Program-made: the position numbers and the translations under genes
Shown here: piece by piece, positions 13,554 to 25,196 of the stretch
Layout: every line of letters begins with the position of its first letter
How positions within the stretch are numbered: position 1 is the first letter of the stretch
Assembly (NCBI GenBank): GCA_965603825.1
Contig: CBFDEM010000051.1
Location: forward strand, 1 to 64,000
Reading direction: 5' to 3'
Source: Blepharisma stoltei ATCC 30299
Taxonomy: Eukaryota; Protista; Ciliophora
Length of the DNA: 64,000 bases
Notes under the pieces: generated by a model
Seen by the model: the letters and a program-made list of their open reading frames with translations, nothing else
What the model was told of the DNA's origin: nothing
The model's database searches: none

Positions 13554-14860
13554 CTTTATTAATAAGAGACATAAGAATCGCAAGTTTGGTGAATTATTTA
13601 ATTTCATAGAAGTAATACATTAATAGTTCTTGCTATAGGTTATTTAAATCATAATAATGATTATGCATTTGCTTCAGGAAGTTGCTACTTAGAAACACTT
13701 ATTTTGGCCCAATTAATGATATAGATGCTATGGATTTGAGCAATTAATCTTAATAGTGGAAATTTTTTTTAGGAAAATCATTAATATTTGCACTATGCCG
13801 GAAGTAGTGATAAAAAAGTTATTAATGTGGATAAACTTTTCATTATTAATTGCTCAATTTTAGTCTTCGTCTTGCTCCGCAGGATGCTAGCTGTGGTCAT
13901 CCTTTTAATTCCAAGGACTTCGCGGTTATTCGGACTTCGGCCAATTTTATTGAGTGGAGGCAATGAATCTTCTACGTACTGCAAGCTAGCCAGGAAAGCT
14001 CATAGGATGTATCTGCCTATGAGTTAACATCTGTGCGCTTTTGACTCTAAGGGTCTCTTTCCTCTGAGAGCCAAGGGTGAAAACCTAAGATTCATAGCAA
14101 AATCGAATTTCATAATAATAATAATAAAGTGCCAAAGATCGAAATTGCTTATTCCAATCTCACCATTTATAATGTGGATAAACGTAATAAAAAGAAGAGT
14201 TTATCATTCAAAATCTAAAGATTTAGTGCAAGCGTAATTTATACCATATATTCAGCAAACTAACCTCTCTTTTAAGCCTATTTTAAGTTCAAAGAGTTTA
14301 AGTTGAATACCTTATCTGTAACACTATTTCAGCCGAATAATATTAAATCCCAATAAACCATTATTATCGGAGTGTTATACACTGCAGAATGGTCTATCAC
14401 CTTCAGATTACAAAAGAAACCGTTGCAATCAATCTTTTTGAATTTAAGTTAAAATATGAAAATATAAGCATATTATTCTCTTTTAAGGAGTAATTAAACT
14501 TAATAATTTAAAGGGAATGTTGAAGATATATTATTTAAGTTGCTCGCAATTGATCGGATTAAGAATAAAACTTACATTAAAAAAACAGATTTTATATCTC
14601 AGAAATCAAATATACAGTTTATGAAGACTTAAAGTGCTAATGTGATATGAAATAAAATTATTGGATCTTGATTTGTATAAGTAAGCTATTGAATCAATAA
14701 AGTGTAATAAATTTTAAATAAAATATTTAAAGTTCATTTCAGAAACAATTCTAATGCCAATACAAGCAGTTTATCTATATATTTATATTAATATTTTCTA
14801 AAAATCTACTATAAAATTATCATAGATGCAATCTAATTCCATATAAATAATTTATAGAAA

Positions 14861-16513
14861 ATGAGTAGAAAAGCTCATTCAAACAGCTCAAAGTATCTTG
14901 ATTCCTCTTATAGTGAAGATTTGAAGGAAATTTATAGTGAACGCATAAAAAGTCAACATGAATATCAGTCTGTTTCTGATTCACAAGAATGAATGTTGAT
15001 AAAGAGCTGTCTTAATCCAGAGGCTTTTCCTATATTAAGTGCCTATCATCATATTGAAAATAGCGAAAATGGTTATTTTATTTCTAAACATCGAGATAGC
15101 CCTGATAATTCAATTTCGATATTTACCTTTGGCAGTCAATCTGCAAATAAAATTGATTACATTGTGCAAACTAATGGGCAAACTACCTACTCTTATGCAA
15201 GCACAAAGAATCCAGGATACAATGGAAATAGAGTTTCTTTTGAATTTAAAGCTGATGAAAATAGGTATGTTGATGGCCACTGCATAGACCATGGGGACAC
15301 ACCATCTGAAACTTTAAACCTTTATGGGAAATTATCGACTGAACATAGCGCAAACCATATACCAGAGCCATGAGATACTTATTGAGGCTTGCATTATAGA
15401 AATTGGCTAGTTCGTAATTTAAGAAAAAGTTCTTTATCTTACAGCCAATTAGTATTCTATTCTGACACCCCGATTGTAACTAATTTAGGATCCCATGTTC
15501 CTACAGGAGTTCTCTTTTTTTCTCATAGTCATGAAGGAAATTTGGAAGAAGGGTGGTCCATACCATGAGATAGTGAGATACATAGAAGATGCAAAGATCG
15601 AGAAAATTTTCAAAGGATGGGATTAAGAGAATATTCGTTAAATGCTCTCAGCAAGCTCAAATCTAAAAGATATATTTTTGGAAGAAATATATCTCCAAAA
15701 TCTTTTTCTCATATATCAGGCAACCTAAGCAGCAATTTTTCTAATGCTTTGATTATGCCCAGTGTTTTGAAAGATCCTTATGATTACTTTTCGCTGTATC
15801 GTATGGAAGTACTCGCTGAGAGCGAGCACATTCCCATGTGATCCCTTAGAACTGCTGATTTTCTCTTAGATTGCAATTCTATCTCTCAAAGGTCTCGTCT
15901 ATTTGAAAAATTAGGATATTGGACAAAACGAACCTTTAATTATATTGAAGCCTTGCAAAGTAGCACTATTGACACTGGGATTAATTACAAAATGCTGATG
16001 CAGATTTGAAAAAAAGTAAAGGAAAAAGAGGATTTTGATAGAAATGGAATAATCCAAGACCAATTAAGACAAATAATAATTGGGAGTAAGGATGATGCAA
16101 CTTTTGCGAGTATGATTAATAAAACTCTCAACAGTATGGGATTGGCAGAAGAAAGAAAGGATATTCAACTTCCTGATAATTCTCATGAGCCTCCAATTCT
16201 TACAATCACTATTGGTCAAGGCAAAGGCTCTATTAATAAGCTCAAAACTCCATTATCAGAAGAAAACTTAAGTGGTCCAGCTACACTTGAGTTTAAGTTC
16301 ATGGTTAAGGACAAAAATTCGCCTTTGCAAAAACTCCGTACATTTTTAAACGTTAACAAATCACTATTGCAAAAAAATAAGGAAAGCATTGTCGAAGTCA
16401 TAATTTCAGGCAATACCCAGTTTTTAACGGCTAGATCTAAAGCTTTGCTAAGCGATTTCTTCAGCGAAAAAAAAATTCATATCATTTGCAGTAGCGAAAA
16501 TCCAAACAGTTAA
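14861..16513 (+). CDS. 550-aa protein with a putative His-Me finger (bba-metal, DNA/RNA non-specific-type) endonuclease domain
   Basis: ATG 14861 to TAA 16511 in one frame with six TGA codons (joins ORFs 14993, 15617, 16112). Motif YVDGHCIDHGD..LSTEHSANHIPEP(W)..(W)GL..RN.LV..LR..YSQLVFY..HVPTGV resembles DRGH..D..T..SNxxPQ..W..R..Y..VP. The gene model is solid; the function is inferred. Confidence 0.7.
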
Positions 16514-16609
16514 ATTCATAAGAAATAAACTTCTGTAATGATAAAAATATAAAATCTTTATAGTGCTTGAAGAGCAGATTAATGTTATAACTGTCCAGAT
16601 TTTCGTTAA

Positions 16610-16888
16610 TTATTGTTTCTTTGCTCTCATGTTTTTGACTTTGAGCATTTCCTCTCTGTAAATCACATGCCTATCAACTTTTTTGTGATGCTCTTTATCC
16701 AGCAGATCTTTGTTGTGAAGAACAAAGCCTGACTCATTGGAGAAGTCAACTGTCTCATGAAAAGATGAATCAATCGTTGTTGTGAATTCTTTTACTCTTG
16801 GCGAATATTGAGGGAATATCGTGTTAAATGTATTTCTTCCTTTCATTGAGTGATTGAGTGTAGGGTCAATTACAGTTTTTGTCTCCAT
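16610..16888 (-). CDS. Small hypothetical protein, 92 aa
   Basis: ATG in A-rich context (ATAAATG), TAA stop, coding-like composition between AT-rich flanks. Confidence 0.65.
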   Translation of the reverse strand: METKTVIDPTLNHSMKGRNTFNTIFPQYSPRVKEFTTTIDSSFHETVDFSNESGFVLHNKDLLDKEHHKKVDRHVIYREEMLKVKNMRAKKQ

Positions 16889-17038
16889 TTATTATAACTG
16901 CGAGCATTGATTCTGGCTCTTTGTAAAGGCAATATGATTAGAAATAAAGAATGGATTTTCATATGTAATGAATATGAAATAACAAATTTAAGTCATTTCT
17001 TATTAAATAAGTCACTTATTAAGTTTATTTCTTCCTAT

Positions 17039-20000
17039 CTAAGAGAAATCTGTCTGCCATTCTGCGTTTGCTGGAGATGCTCTTGGCCTAACAACTCCAT
17101 CATCTCCTCTAAAGACATGCGGTCTTCCACCTACAGAAGCTTGTCTGCCTGCGTTATCTCCTCCCATTTGAGGGAAGTTGAAGTTAATCTTAGGCATGGA
17201 AATGTTGTTCCACAAATAATAGCAGCAAACTCCTAGCAAGATTACAATTGCAACAGCCAAAATGACCATGCCAAGCCACATCAAGACCAGCCAAAGCCCA
17301 GTTGCAGTTCCTTTAAAGGTGTATGAGCCGGCCTTGAAGAAATCTTGCCCATTAAGAGCGATTTCTACATTGACTGAATCTTCATGCAAGTCCTTTCTGT
17401 TTATTTTTGTTTCTGGAGTAACACATTTAATGGAAGTTTTAGATACATAGACTGCCGGTACAGTTCCGTATTTTCCAAAGCGACACACTATGGCATGCAG
17501 TACGTCCAGTTCTCCTGAGCTCTTCCATCCAGTGATTGCTGGGAAAAATCCTTGTTTTTCGTCAGCTGTAATGTTCAGCTCGTATCTTTGATCTACCCAG
17601 CCGTATGAAGGAACAATAGAAAGGACCTTAGGGTTGTCATAAAATCTGAATTTGTTATCAGTGTGGGTCCATGGGTGATATTTAGCCTCGCTAAAGCCGA
17701 TTTCTAAAGGAACATCTAATGGCAATTGAGAGCCATCTGGGATCTTGAAGCTGGCTGGAGACACGCAAATCATGTGGGAATCATCAACAACTTTTCCTTG
17801 GACTACCAAGTTGACACTATCAATGCCAAATCTGCATCTTGGGTCAGTGTTCTTAAATCCATATCCTCTAAGCATCACCTCAGTACCTCCTGCAATTGGA
17901 CCTCCTTTAGGAGCTGAGTCCAAGAGGCCGTAGACTGAATAAGTATGGTTGCTTGGAGCGTAATCTTGGCCATTTATAGCGACGCTGACTATAAGCTGAG
18001 TGCCATTCTTAGGTCTTTCCATTTGAGGAGTAAGACATTGTACAACATTTTCACTTAGTTTCGTAGCATGGCTTGCAAATTCTCCTATCCTACAGGTCAA
18101 ATTGGCTTGCTCGAAATCTGATTTGAATGGACCACCATAAATAGTAATCAAAGACCCTCCAGAAACTGGTCCATTGTCAGGCTCAACACTTGAGACATTT
18201 GCTTGTCTGTAATATCGGAATCCATGCTCGAATTTTCTATAATCAACCCCATTCATAGTGATTTCGAAAGTTACTTCGCCTAAAAAGTCGTCCTTCATTG
18301 AAGCTGGCATTGGGCAGATCATGTAATTCCAGGAAATTGCAATTGGTCTGTATTCTTTATAGTCTAGAACGCAGGCTGCATTAGGATTTGGAATAAAGCC
18401 AGAGCCAAAAATGGTGATTCCTTTGTTTGAGCCTGTATTTGGCCCACTCAGAGGTCTTGCGCCATCTACTTGGAAGAAGAAAAATGAAGAATTGCTGGTG
18501 GTATAGTCTATACCATTAAAGGTAATATCAACCCTAGCTTCAGTGCCTGAGCCCCAGCCACCTGGTGAGGTGCAGTAAATTAAGGACTCGTTCTTGTAAA
18601 AGGCGTGGATGAACTTGTCTGGAGCGTTGATACTTACTGCTCTGAATCTGCACATGAACTCGTCTGGATTCGCTTGGCCAGTGAAATTGGACCCGTAAAC
18701 TCCTATCATAGTGCCTCCAGTACTTGGCCCAGATACTGGCAAAATGTGGCTGATGAAAGGAACGTTATAGTACACAAAGATTTGTTCGCCATTTGTCCAA
18801 TCAACTCCATTGAAGCTGACATCAAGAGGAACTGCTGCTGCAAGACCAGGCTGAGCTGGAGAAATGCACTTAACTCTTACGGTTGAGATGAACTCTCCTG
18901 GAACCACTTTTTCGCCAAATCTGCAGAGTGGAGTGCAGCCCATAGAAGGATAATTGATGTACCAAGCTCCTGCAAGAGTGACTTCAGTGCCTCCTGTGTT
19001 TGGACCACCATGTGGGAATATGTATTTAATGACTGGCTCCTTGTAGTAGAAATAAAGCAGTTTATTAGAAGTGTAGTCCCCATAGAATGTATAATTTTGC
19101 CCATAATTGTCCTCAAGATCGATATTATGGCCGATTTCGACATAAACAAAGCCACCATGCGTGTTTTTGGTTGGGGTTGGTGCTGAGTACCCAGTCATAA
19201 CTCCTGATGATGGGGAAAATAGCGTTTCTAAGTTCGCAGGTCTGGACTCAGTGCCCCACTTAAGATGCAAGTTCGTTAAATCGTTGAAGCCTGTGCCTAG
19301 AATAGTGATCTTGGTTTCTCCGCCATTAATCCCGCAAGCTGGTGTGATTTTCATTCCTTCAAGCTTCTCTTCGTATTTAAAGGTGAAGTTGCCCGAGTAA
19401 TCTTTCCCATTAATAGTCAAGTCAATTTTCACATCTTCAATGCCAGACCATGGAGGACTGAGACAAGTAATTGCATTAGAAAGACCATGGGAGTGGAATG
19501 GATAAGTGATGATGTTTCCTTCTACAGTGACAGTTTGATTTTTCCCTGTGAACCTGCACTTGACGATGACGTATTTTTCAATGAATTCTTTTTTGTTTCC
19601 GTCAGTGTTGTTCTCAGATCTCCAATGGAAATCAGTCTCAGTCACAATGTAGCTTCCACCGCTAGATGAGCCGCGATCTGGATTGATGCTCTTATATGTA
19701 GGCTCTTTGAAGTATCTGAATTTGTTATGAGAGTTAGTGAACTTTCTGTCTCTAACAGCTACTTCGATATCAAAACCTTCATCTCCAACTGGCTCCCCAG
19801 TGCTCTTGTAGACGATATCACTCTGTGCGAAAGTGGTGCATTGGACTTCGGTATCACTAATAAACTTTGCTTTGACAATGCAATCCTTGAATTTGCATAA
19901 TAGAGGATTTTCCTTGCTTCCAAATCTGCATTCCAGCTCTGAGCCAGTGTCAGCAAAGCCAAATCCCATGGCACTCACATTGGTGCCTCCTTCCCTCTTG

Positions 20001-22492
20001 CCAAACTTAGGCACCACATCGAGCACAAAGGCATCATAATAGGTATAGAACTTGTGATCGTTAGTGTAATCGTTGCCGTTCAACGTGATTTCGACTTCTA
20101 CTGCTTCAGGTCTGCTTAGGTTAGGGATTTCACAGATAATGTGCTTGTCGTCTTTAAGGTAGCCTTTAGTGTAAATTGGGTAAGGTTTTGTCCCATATCT
20201 GCAAGCTAGCTCGTCACAGTTTGTGCTGAGGCACTTGAAGTTTGTGCCGTTCACTGTGAGGTTTCTAGGTTCGTCATATTTGACTGGGCCAAACTTAGGA
20301 TCAATGTCAATTATGACAGGAGCTTCGTAAAATAGATAAGTGTCATCATCAGCAGTGCTGCCTGTATTTCTGATCTTTAGGTAGTTGACGCCGTTTTTAG
20401 TTATTTCCAAGTATGCCTTAGTCCCAGCCTTTGCAGCAGGAGTCCAACATTTTGCTTGATTAAGCTGCACATCATAACAGACTCCTGTGCCGATGTAGGT
20501 TCCGTTTGTATAGTTGAATCTCAGTAAGACATGGAGATCATCTGGGCTCTCCTCTGCATCTAAAAACCCAGCTCCATAAACTACAACAGTAGCATTTCCA
20601 GTCTTTGGCCCTTGCTTAGGCTTGAAATCAGTGACTAAAGGATCTTGATAGAAATAGAAGCCGAGCACCCCTTCATCAAATTTGCTTCCTCCGATATTTT
20701 TCGTGCCTTCCTGATCCGTAAACTGTTGACCATTAAGTGAAAGCTGGACAATAGCATCTCCAGGAACTTTAACTGAAGGACTCATAGCAACTGCCACAGT
20801 GTCAGTATGGTTGAATGTCAAAACCTCAGTCGTTCCAAACCTCACAGTCACATTGCAAACTCCAGGCTGGGCAAAGTGCTCTCCATGCAGAACAGCCGTA
20901 GTATTTCCTGTGATTGGTCCACTAGTAGGAGTCATTGAGAATAGTTTATGGAACTGATAGAAGCTGAAAATGATAGGCTTTTTCGATTGACTTCTGTCCT
21001 TGCCATTCAAAGTGACTGATACATTAAAGAATATCTGCTTTACCAGCTTATCATCTAGGTGGATGTCTGGGGAGTCACATTTAATTTCAGTCTCACTCAT
21101 AACAGTTGCTGGGGTGAAAATATTATCACCAAATATGCAAAACACAAGATTGGGACCCGTGAAGACAAAGTTTTTGCCAGTCACTGTGATTTGAGTATAT
21201 CCAGTTGTAGGTCCACACATGGGCTGAATTGAATCAATCCAAGGAGTTGCGTAGTATAAATACTTGACTGATTGTCCAAAGTTGTCTTCAATAAGTGAAA
21301 CACTCAAGTCTACAAGTCCTGGGTTGTCGACGGCTGGACTTAAACATAAAATTTCATTGACACTTAGGAATCTGCCGCTGACCACTTTGCTTCCGAATCT
21401 ACACTTAATAGAGCCAGTGTCATTAAAGTTTGATCCTGAGACGTAAACGCTGGTATTGCCGCTTGTTGGGCCAACCCTTGGGTTGCAATCATACACGTAA
21501 GCAGGAGCATAGTATGTATAAGGCAAATGATCATCGGTCCAGCTTCCAGGGTTGAGGATCATGTCTGCATTATTTAATGTAACATCAACTAAAACTGTCC
21601 TAATAATTGGGCTTGGAGGTGCAACACAGGATATCAAAATATCTGAATAAATTGTTGCTGGGGTAAGAAAATCGTTCCCAAACCTACAGTAAGTGTCGTT
21701 ATGGTTGTTGACTTGAGAAAGCACATCATTGAAAGGGTCTAAGTCTTGGCCTTCGATCATAACCACAGTGCCTCCTGTTGTTGGTCCTTTGTCTGGGGTC
21801 AGCTTCATGATTGCTGGCTCTGGGTAGTAATAATACTTAATATCATCCTTGGTGTTCTGTTGGTCATTCAAGGTAATTCTGAATGGCATTCCTGCGACGA
21901 CTGTATCAGAAAAAGGACTGACACAATACATCATTGTAGGACTGATATAAATTCCAGGCACGGCCTTAGTACCAAAAGAGCATCTGAGGTATTGGTCGAA
22001 ATCAATGAAATTTTCCCCATAAACTGTCACCACTGTGCCTCCATTTTTAGGTCCGTAGATAGGGACGATGTAGTTGACCTTAGGTGGTGGGTAGTATTGG
22101 AATTCAGCTGAGTTTTCGACATCTGTGAAGTCTCCAGTGATCGAGACACTAAATGGGACCATATCAGATACCGGCGATTCTGGGCTTGGGTCGCATTCAA
22201 TGCAGTGAGCTGTCTTTTCTGCTGTTGTTGGCTCTGGCTCGTCTGGACGTCTTGGGATGGGTGTGCAGGTGACATAGGTGGCCTTAACAATGTTCTTCTT
22301 GGAGCCAAACTTGCACTTAGGAGAAGGATGATCCTCTCTGGGCTCCAGATGGGTTCCTCTAACTAAGACACGGGTATTGCCTGTGGTAGGACCGATATTG
22401 GGAACTATGCTAGTAATGAATATTCGCTCTGCGGCAGCAAGGGCTACAAGTAAAGTGAGAAGCCACGCTGACATATTACAATTATCATCCAT
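17039..22492 (-). CDS. Large IPT/TIG-repeat type I membrane (cell-surface) protein, ~1810 aa; likely start MSAWLL at 22474
   Basis: Signal peptide (MSAWLLTLLVALAAAE), many P..GP..GGT.V.V.G..F....C.FG IPT/TIG repeats, C-terminal TM (LWLVLMWLGMVILAVAIVILLGVCCYYLW) and a short cytoplasmic tail. Confidence 0.95.
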   Translation of the reverse strand: MDDNCNMSAWLLTLLVALAAAERIFITSIVPNIGPTTGNTRVLVRGTHLEPREDHPSPKCKFGSKKNIVKATYVTCTPIPRRPDEPEPTTAEKTAHCIECDPSPESPVSDMVPFSVSITGDFTDVENSAEFQYYPPPKVNYIVPIYGPKNGGTVVTVYGENFIDFDQYLRCSFGTKAVPGIYISPTMMYCVSPFSDTVVAGMPFRITLNDQQNTKDDIKYYYYPEPAIMKLTPDKGPTTGGTVVMIEGQDLDPFNDVLSQVNNHNDTYCRFGNDFLTPATIYSDILISCVAPPSPIIRTVLVDVTLNNADMILNPGSWTDDHLPYTYYAPAYVYDCNPRVGPTSGNTSVYVSGSNFNDTGSIKCRFGSKVVSGRFLSVNEILCLSPAVDNPGLVDLSVSLIEDNFGQSVKYLYYATPWIDSIQPMCGPTTGYTQITVTGKNFVFTGPNLVFCIFGDNIFTPATVMSETEIKCDSPDIHLDDKLVKQIFFNVSVTLNGKDRSQSKKPIIFSFYQFHKLFSMTPTSGPITGNTTAVLHGEHFAQPGVCNVTVRFGTTEVLTFNHTDTVAVAMSPSVKVPGDAIVQLSLNGQQFTDQEGTKNIGGSKFDEGVLGFYFYQDPLVTDFKPKQGPKTGNATVVVYGAGFLDAEESPDDLHVLLRFNYTNGTYIGTGVCYDVQLNQAKCWTPAAKAGTKAYLEITKNGVNYLKIRNTGSTADDDTYLFYEAPVIIDIDPKFGPVKYDEPRNLTVNGTNFKCLSTNCDELACRYGTKPYPIYTKGYLKDDKHIICEIPNLSRPEAVEVEITLNGNDYTNDHKFYTYYDAFVLDVVPKFGKREGGTNVSAMGFGFADTGSELECRFGSKENPLLCKFKDCIVKAKFISDTEVQCTTFAQSDIVYKSTGEPVGDEGFDIEVAVRDRKFTNSHNKFRYFKEPTYKSINPDRGSSSGGSYIVTETDFHWRSENNTDGNKKEFIEKYVIVKCRFTGKNQTVTVEGNIITYPFHSHGLSNAITCLSPPWSGIEDVKIDLTINGKDYSGNFTFKYEEKLEGMKITPACGINGGETKITILGTGFNDLTNLHLKWGTESRPANLETLFSPSSGVMTGYSAPTPTKNTHGGFVYVEIGHNIDLEDNYGQNYTFYGDYTSNKLLYFYYKEPVIKYIFPHGGPNTGGTEVTLAGAWYINYPSMGCTPLCRFGEKVVPGEFISTVRVKCISPAQPGLAAAVPLDVSFNGVDWTNGEQIFVYYNVPFISHILPVSGPSTGGTMIGVYGSNFTGQANPDEFMCRFRAVSINAPDKFIHAFYKNESLIYCTSPGGWGSGTEARVDITFNGIDYTTSNSSFFFFQVDGARPLSGPNTGSNKGITIFGSGFIPNPNAACVLDYKEYRPIAISWNYMICPMPASMKDDFLGEVTFEITMNGVDYRKFEHGFRYYRQANVSSVEPDNGPVSGGSLITIYGGPFKSDFEQANLTCRIGEFASHATKLSENVVQCLTPQMERPKNGTQLIVSVAINGQDYAPSNHTYSVYGLLDSAPKGGPIAGGTEVMLRGYGFKNTDPRCRFGIDSVNLVVQGKVVDDSHMICVSPASFKIPDGSQLPLDVPLEIGFSEAKYHPWTHTDNKFRFYDNPKVLSIVPSYGWVDQRYELNITADEKQGFFPAITGWKSSGELDVLHAIVCRFGKYGTVPAVYVSKTSIKCVTPETKINRKDLHEDSVNVEIALNGQDFFKAGSYTFKGTATGLWLVLMWLGMVILAVAIVILLGVCCYYLWNNISMPKINFNFPQMGGDNAGRQASVGGRPHVFRGDDGVVRPRASPANAEWQTDFS

Positions 22493-23799
22493 TCATGATT
22501 CAATTTTTCAAGTTTAAAATTAGGGAATTGCTTATCATAAAGAAACTCGAAGACCAAGACAAGTTTGCCGAAGAAATTGGCGCAGCCAAAAACCAAAAAT
22601 GAGAAGACTTTTTAAATTGATTTTACTGTAATTATGAGACTAATCAGGGAATTGATTAGTGAGAGCTTATGTTATAAGGCTTTAATAGAGGATCAGATAG
22701 CATTTGTTGTCTTGATTTAGTTGCTTGTCTTGGAGATCCTCGAGCTCACAAATGTATTCTAGAGCTAGTCTTCGATACAAGTCATAGTAAACTACCGTTA
22801 TCCCTCCAATTAGCATTAATGCTGGGAAGTGATATGATCCTGCTTATAATTGCTATAAAGAAGAGACGTTCGAATTGCTTTGTTATATAATAGTTTAGCA
22901 AAGAATCCGCTGCTTGCACCGAGCCAAAATAAGCCCATTTATTATGTATGAAAGGATTCATAATCAAAAAGTGGTATCTCTTGAATTTTCTCAATTAAAT
23001 ATTTTATTTTCATGCTTTACATCACCCAATTATTTTCCTGACTGAAGAATAAAGACCCAGTGATGCACAGTACTGGACGGCCATTGAGGAACTGAGCATT
23101 GGTAGAAGTTGCCGCATTAGTGATCAAAATAAGTCAGTTTGGAAATAGTTGGCACTGGTGTGACTTTTATTGGAGAAAGCGCAGACAAAAGATATGGCAT
23201 ATAGATGTTAAACTTAATACTAATCATTAAATAAGTACGAAAGGAGTTAGGGATGATTTATTTAATCAAATGCTTTATTATTTAATAGCTCCGATTATGA
23301 ACTAACGAGTAATTTAGTTTGTTTTGAATTATAAATTAATATATATATTATAATTAATTTGGATAAATAAATTTATGATATCAAATAGGGGGTAAAGAGA
23401 CAATGCATATAATCAAAGCTTTGTTTAAAAGCCTTAGCTCTTTTATTAAATAACTATTGCTTATAATTAGTGAATGAAGTTCAGTTAGTTTTAAGTCTAA
23501 AAGGAAAACACAATTTCTTGAGTTAGATCTAAAATAAAGAGCATAAGAAGCATGAAAATATAATAAAAGATTATAAAGCCCAGTCTAAATCAAAAGGCCG
23601 GTAGCAATTCTAAAATAAAACTTTAATAGTAAATTGGTATAAAGCATGGATAGTTCTTTTTGACTGGCGACATATTTATTAAAGATATAAACTAGCCATT
23701 TAAATTTAATGAAATGATATGTATACTGATCATATTTTTGACTATTTTAAAAATAAAAAAAATTGAATAATTTCACTGTAAGCTTATTTAAACAAAATA

Positions 23800-24027
23800 T
23801 TAGAAAGTCACGCAGCGTATGCAAGGTCCTTCATGAATACTGATGTAGACGCTATTTTGAGAGATATTGACTGATTCCACCACTTTTCTGCTGCTGCTTT
23901 GTAATCTTGCACTTCTATTAGTAGACCCCTTTCTAGAAATGCTTGAATTGTCTTTGTTCTGGCTGCTTTCGGTCCCGAGAGATATGATTCCACTGGAATC
24001 TATGCTTGTAAAACTTTTATCTGTCAT
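23800..24027 (-). CDS. Small Ser-rich protein (75 aa) ending in CaaX-like CVTF
   Basis: Higher-GC island in AT-rich DNA, ATG in A-rich context, C-terminus ...GPCIRCVTF*. Confidence 0.6.
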   Translation of the reverse strand: MTDKSFTSIDSSGIISLGTESSQNKDNSSISRKGSTNRSARLQSSSRKVVESVNISQNSVYISIHEGPCIRCVTF

Positions 24028-25034
24028 ATTTGTTATAATTAGATTTCTGAGTGCAAAAAATAACGATTATCGCATTCACATTTCTCTATTTAAATAAAAA
24101 TCATGTTTCATAATAAGCCAATAATTTTTTAAACATAAAAGAATAATTTATTTTAAAATACCCTATATAAATATTTTTTTCAGCAAGCAAATAATCTATA
24201 AATTAGTTTATTCCGCTAAAATCATTTATTTAATCACTAAGAGTTTTATTGCGAAATTGCTTTTAAATTTTTTTGTTTAAATAGCTGTTTTTAATTAATC
24301 GTCACTTTGCATAAATCAGTTTTTATAGGAGGATCACCATGTTTCTTTGAATAAGTAAAAAAGCATTTAATAAAGCTCTAGGGAAAAGTTATTTAACTAG
24401 AAATTATGAACTGCAAACTAGGGCTAGTGCAGTTATAGCAACGATTTAAAAACGACTTTGAATGTATTGGATTTAAATATAAATTATTGACATTCCAAAT
24501 CAAAAAGGAAGATTTCAAAATTCAGCTGAAAATCTGCTATTTTTTATTTTTCTTCACAATTCTTATGAAAGTTACAACAATCTTAACAGAAGCTGACTCA
24601 AGGAAAGTGAAGGCAAAGAAGAGTGGAGTGGCTCACTTTTGGAGTCTGCAAGTCTTCAGGCCTTTTCATAAATAAAACTTACTAAGTGTCACTAGCTCAA
24701 AAGTAACAGGCTCAATGTTTGACAGCGAATAGTTTAAGTATGAATGTTCAAGTAGAAATGCATAATAATGCAAGCTTTAGGAATGTCGGAACTGTATTCA
24801 CGATTGATAAAATTAGCTCTGACACCCTAGGATTTCTAGTGCATTGTTTGCAAAGGTATATCAGCATTGAAACATTAAAATTGTGGGATAGAATATTGGG
24901 TGTAAAATGGATTATAGAAAAGATTGATAGATATAAGACCTGAGAAGTAATCCTAGTTCGAATAATAATACTTCATAGTGAAGTCATCGATTTATAATGA
25001 CAAAAGAATTTTAAGAGTTAAACAGCATAAAAAA

Positions 25035-25107
25035 TGGAAGACCGGGGTATCGATCCCCGTGCCTCTTGCATGCTAAGCAAGCGCTCTACCATTTGAGCTA
25101 GACTCCC
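25035..25107 (-). tRNA. tRNA-Ala (anticodon AGC)
   Basis: Minus strand GGGAGTCTAGCTCAAATGGTAGAGCGCTTGCTTAGCATGCAAGAGGCACGGGGATCGATACCCCGGTCTTCCA folds as a cloverleaf, with loop TT-AGC-AT, the G3:U70 Ala identity pair and T-arm CGGGG-ATCGATA-CCCCG. A T6 Pol III terminator follows. Confidence 0.97.
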
Positions 25108-25196
25108 AGTTGCAACCTTAACCTAAAATCCATTTAAATATATATCCATTTATGATTTGCTTAATAAATATATAACTCAATTGCCAGCAGCCTTGC

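Noticed and set aside
13793-14113. Small minus-strand gene (ATG 14113 into ORF 13984)
   Set aside because: An in-frame TAA near 14025 is not removed by any consensus 15/16-nt intron that keeps the frame, and there is no recognisable motif. It may be a relic, so I did not call it.
23246-23252. GTTAGGG/CCCTAAC as a telomerase RNA template or internal telomere seed (also AACCCTAA near 9807)
   Set aside because: The match is less than one full repeat unit and expected by chance; a template needs more than one unit.
24409-24997. Short hairpin AACTGC..ACTAG/CTAGTGCAGTT and ORFs 24487 and 24719
   Set aside because: A ~10-bp bulged stem and short motif-less ORFs are not enough evidence for an RNA or protein gene.
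25035-25107. tRNA as a UGA-decoding or suppressor tRNA
   Set aside because: The anticodon is AGC with G3:U70, so it is an ordinary Ala tRNA; the U6-U67 mismatch is the only oddity.
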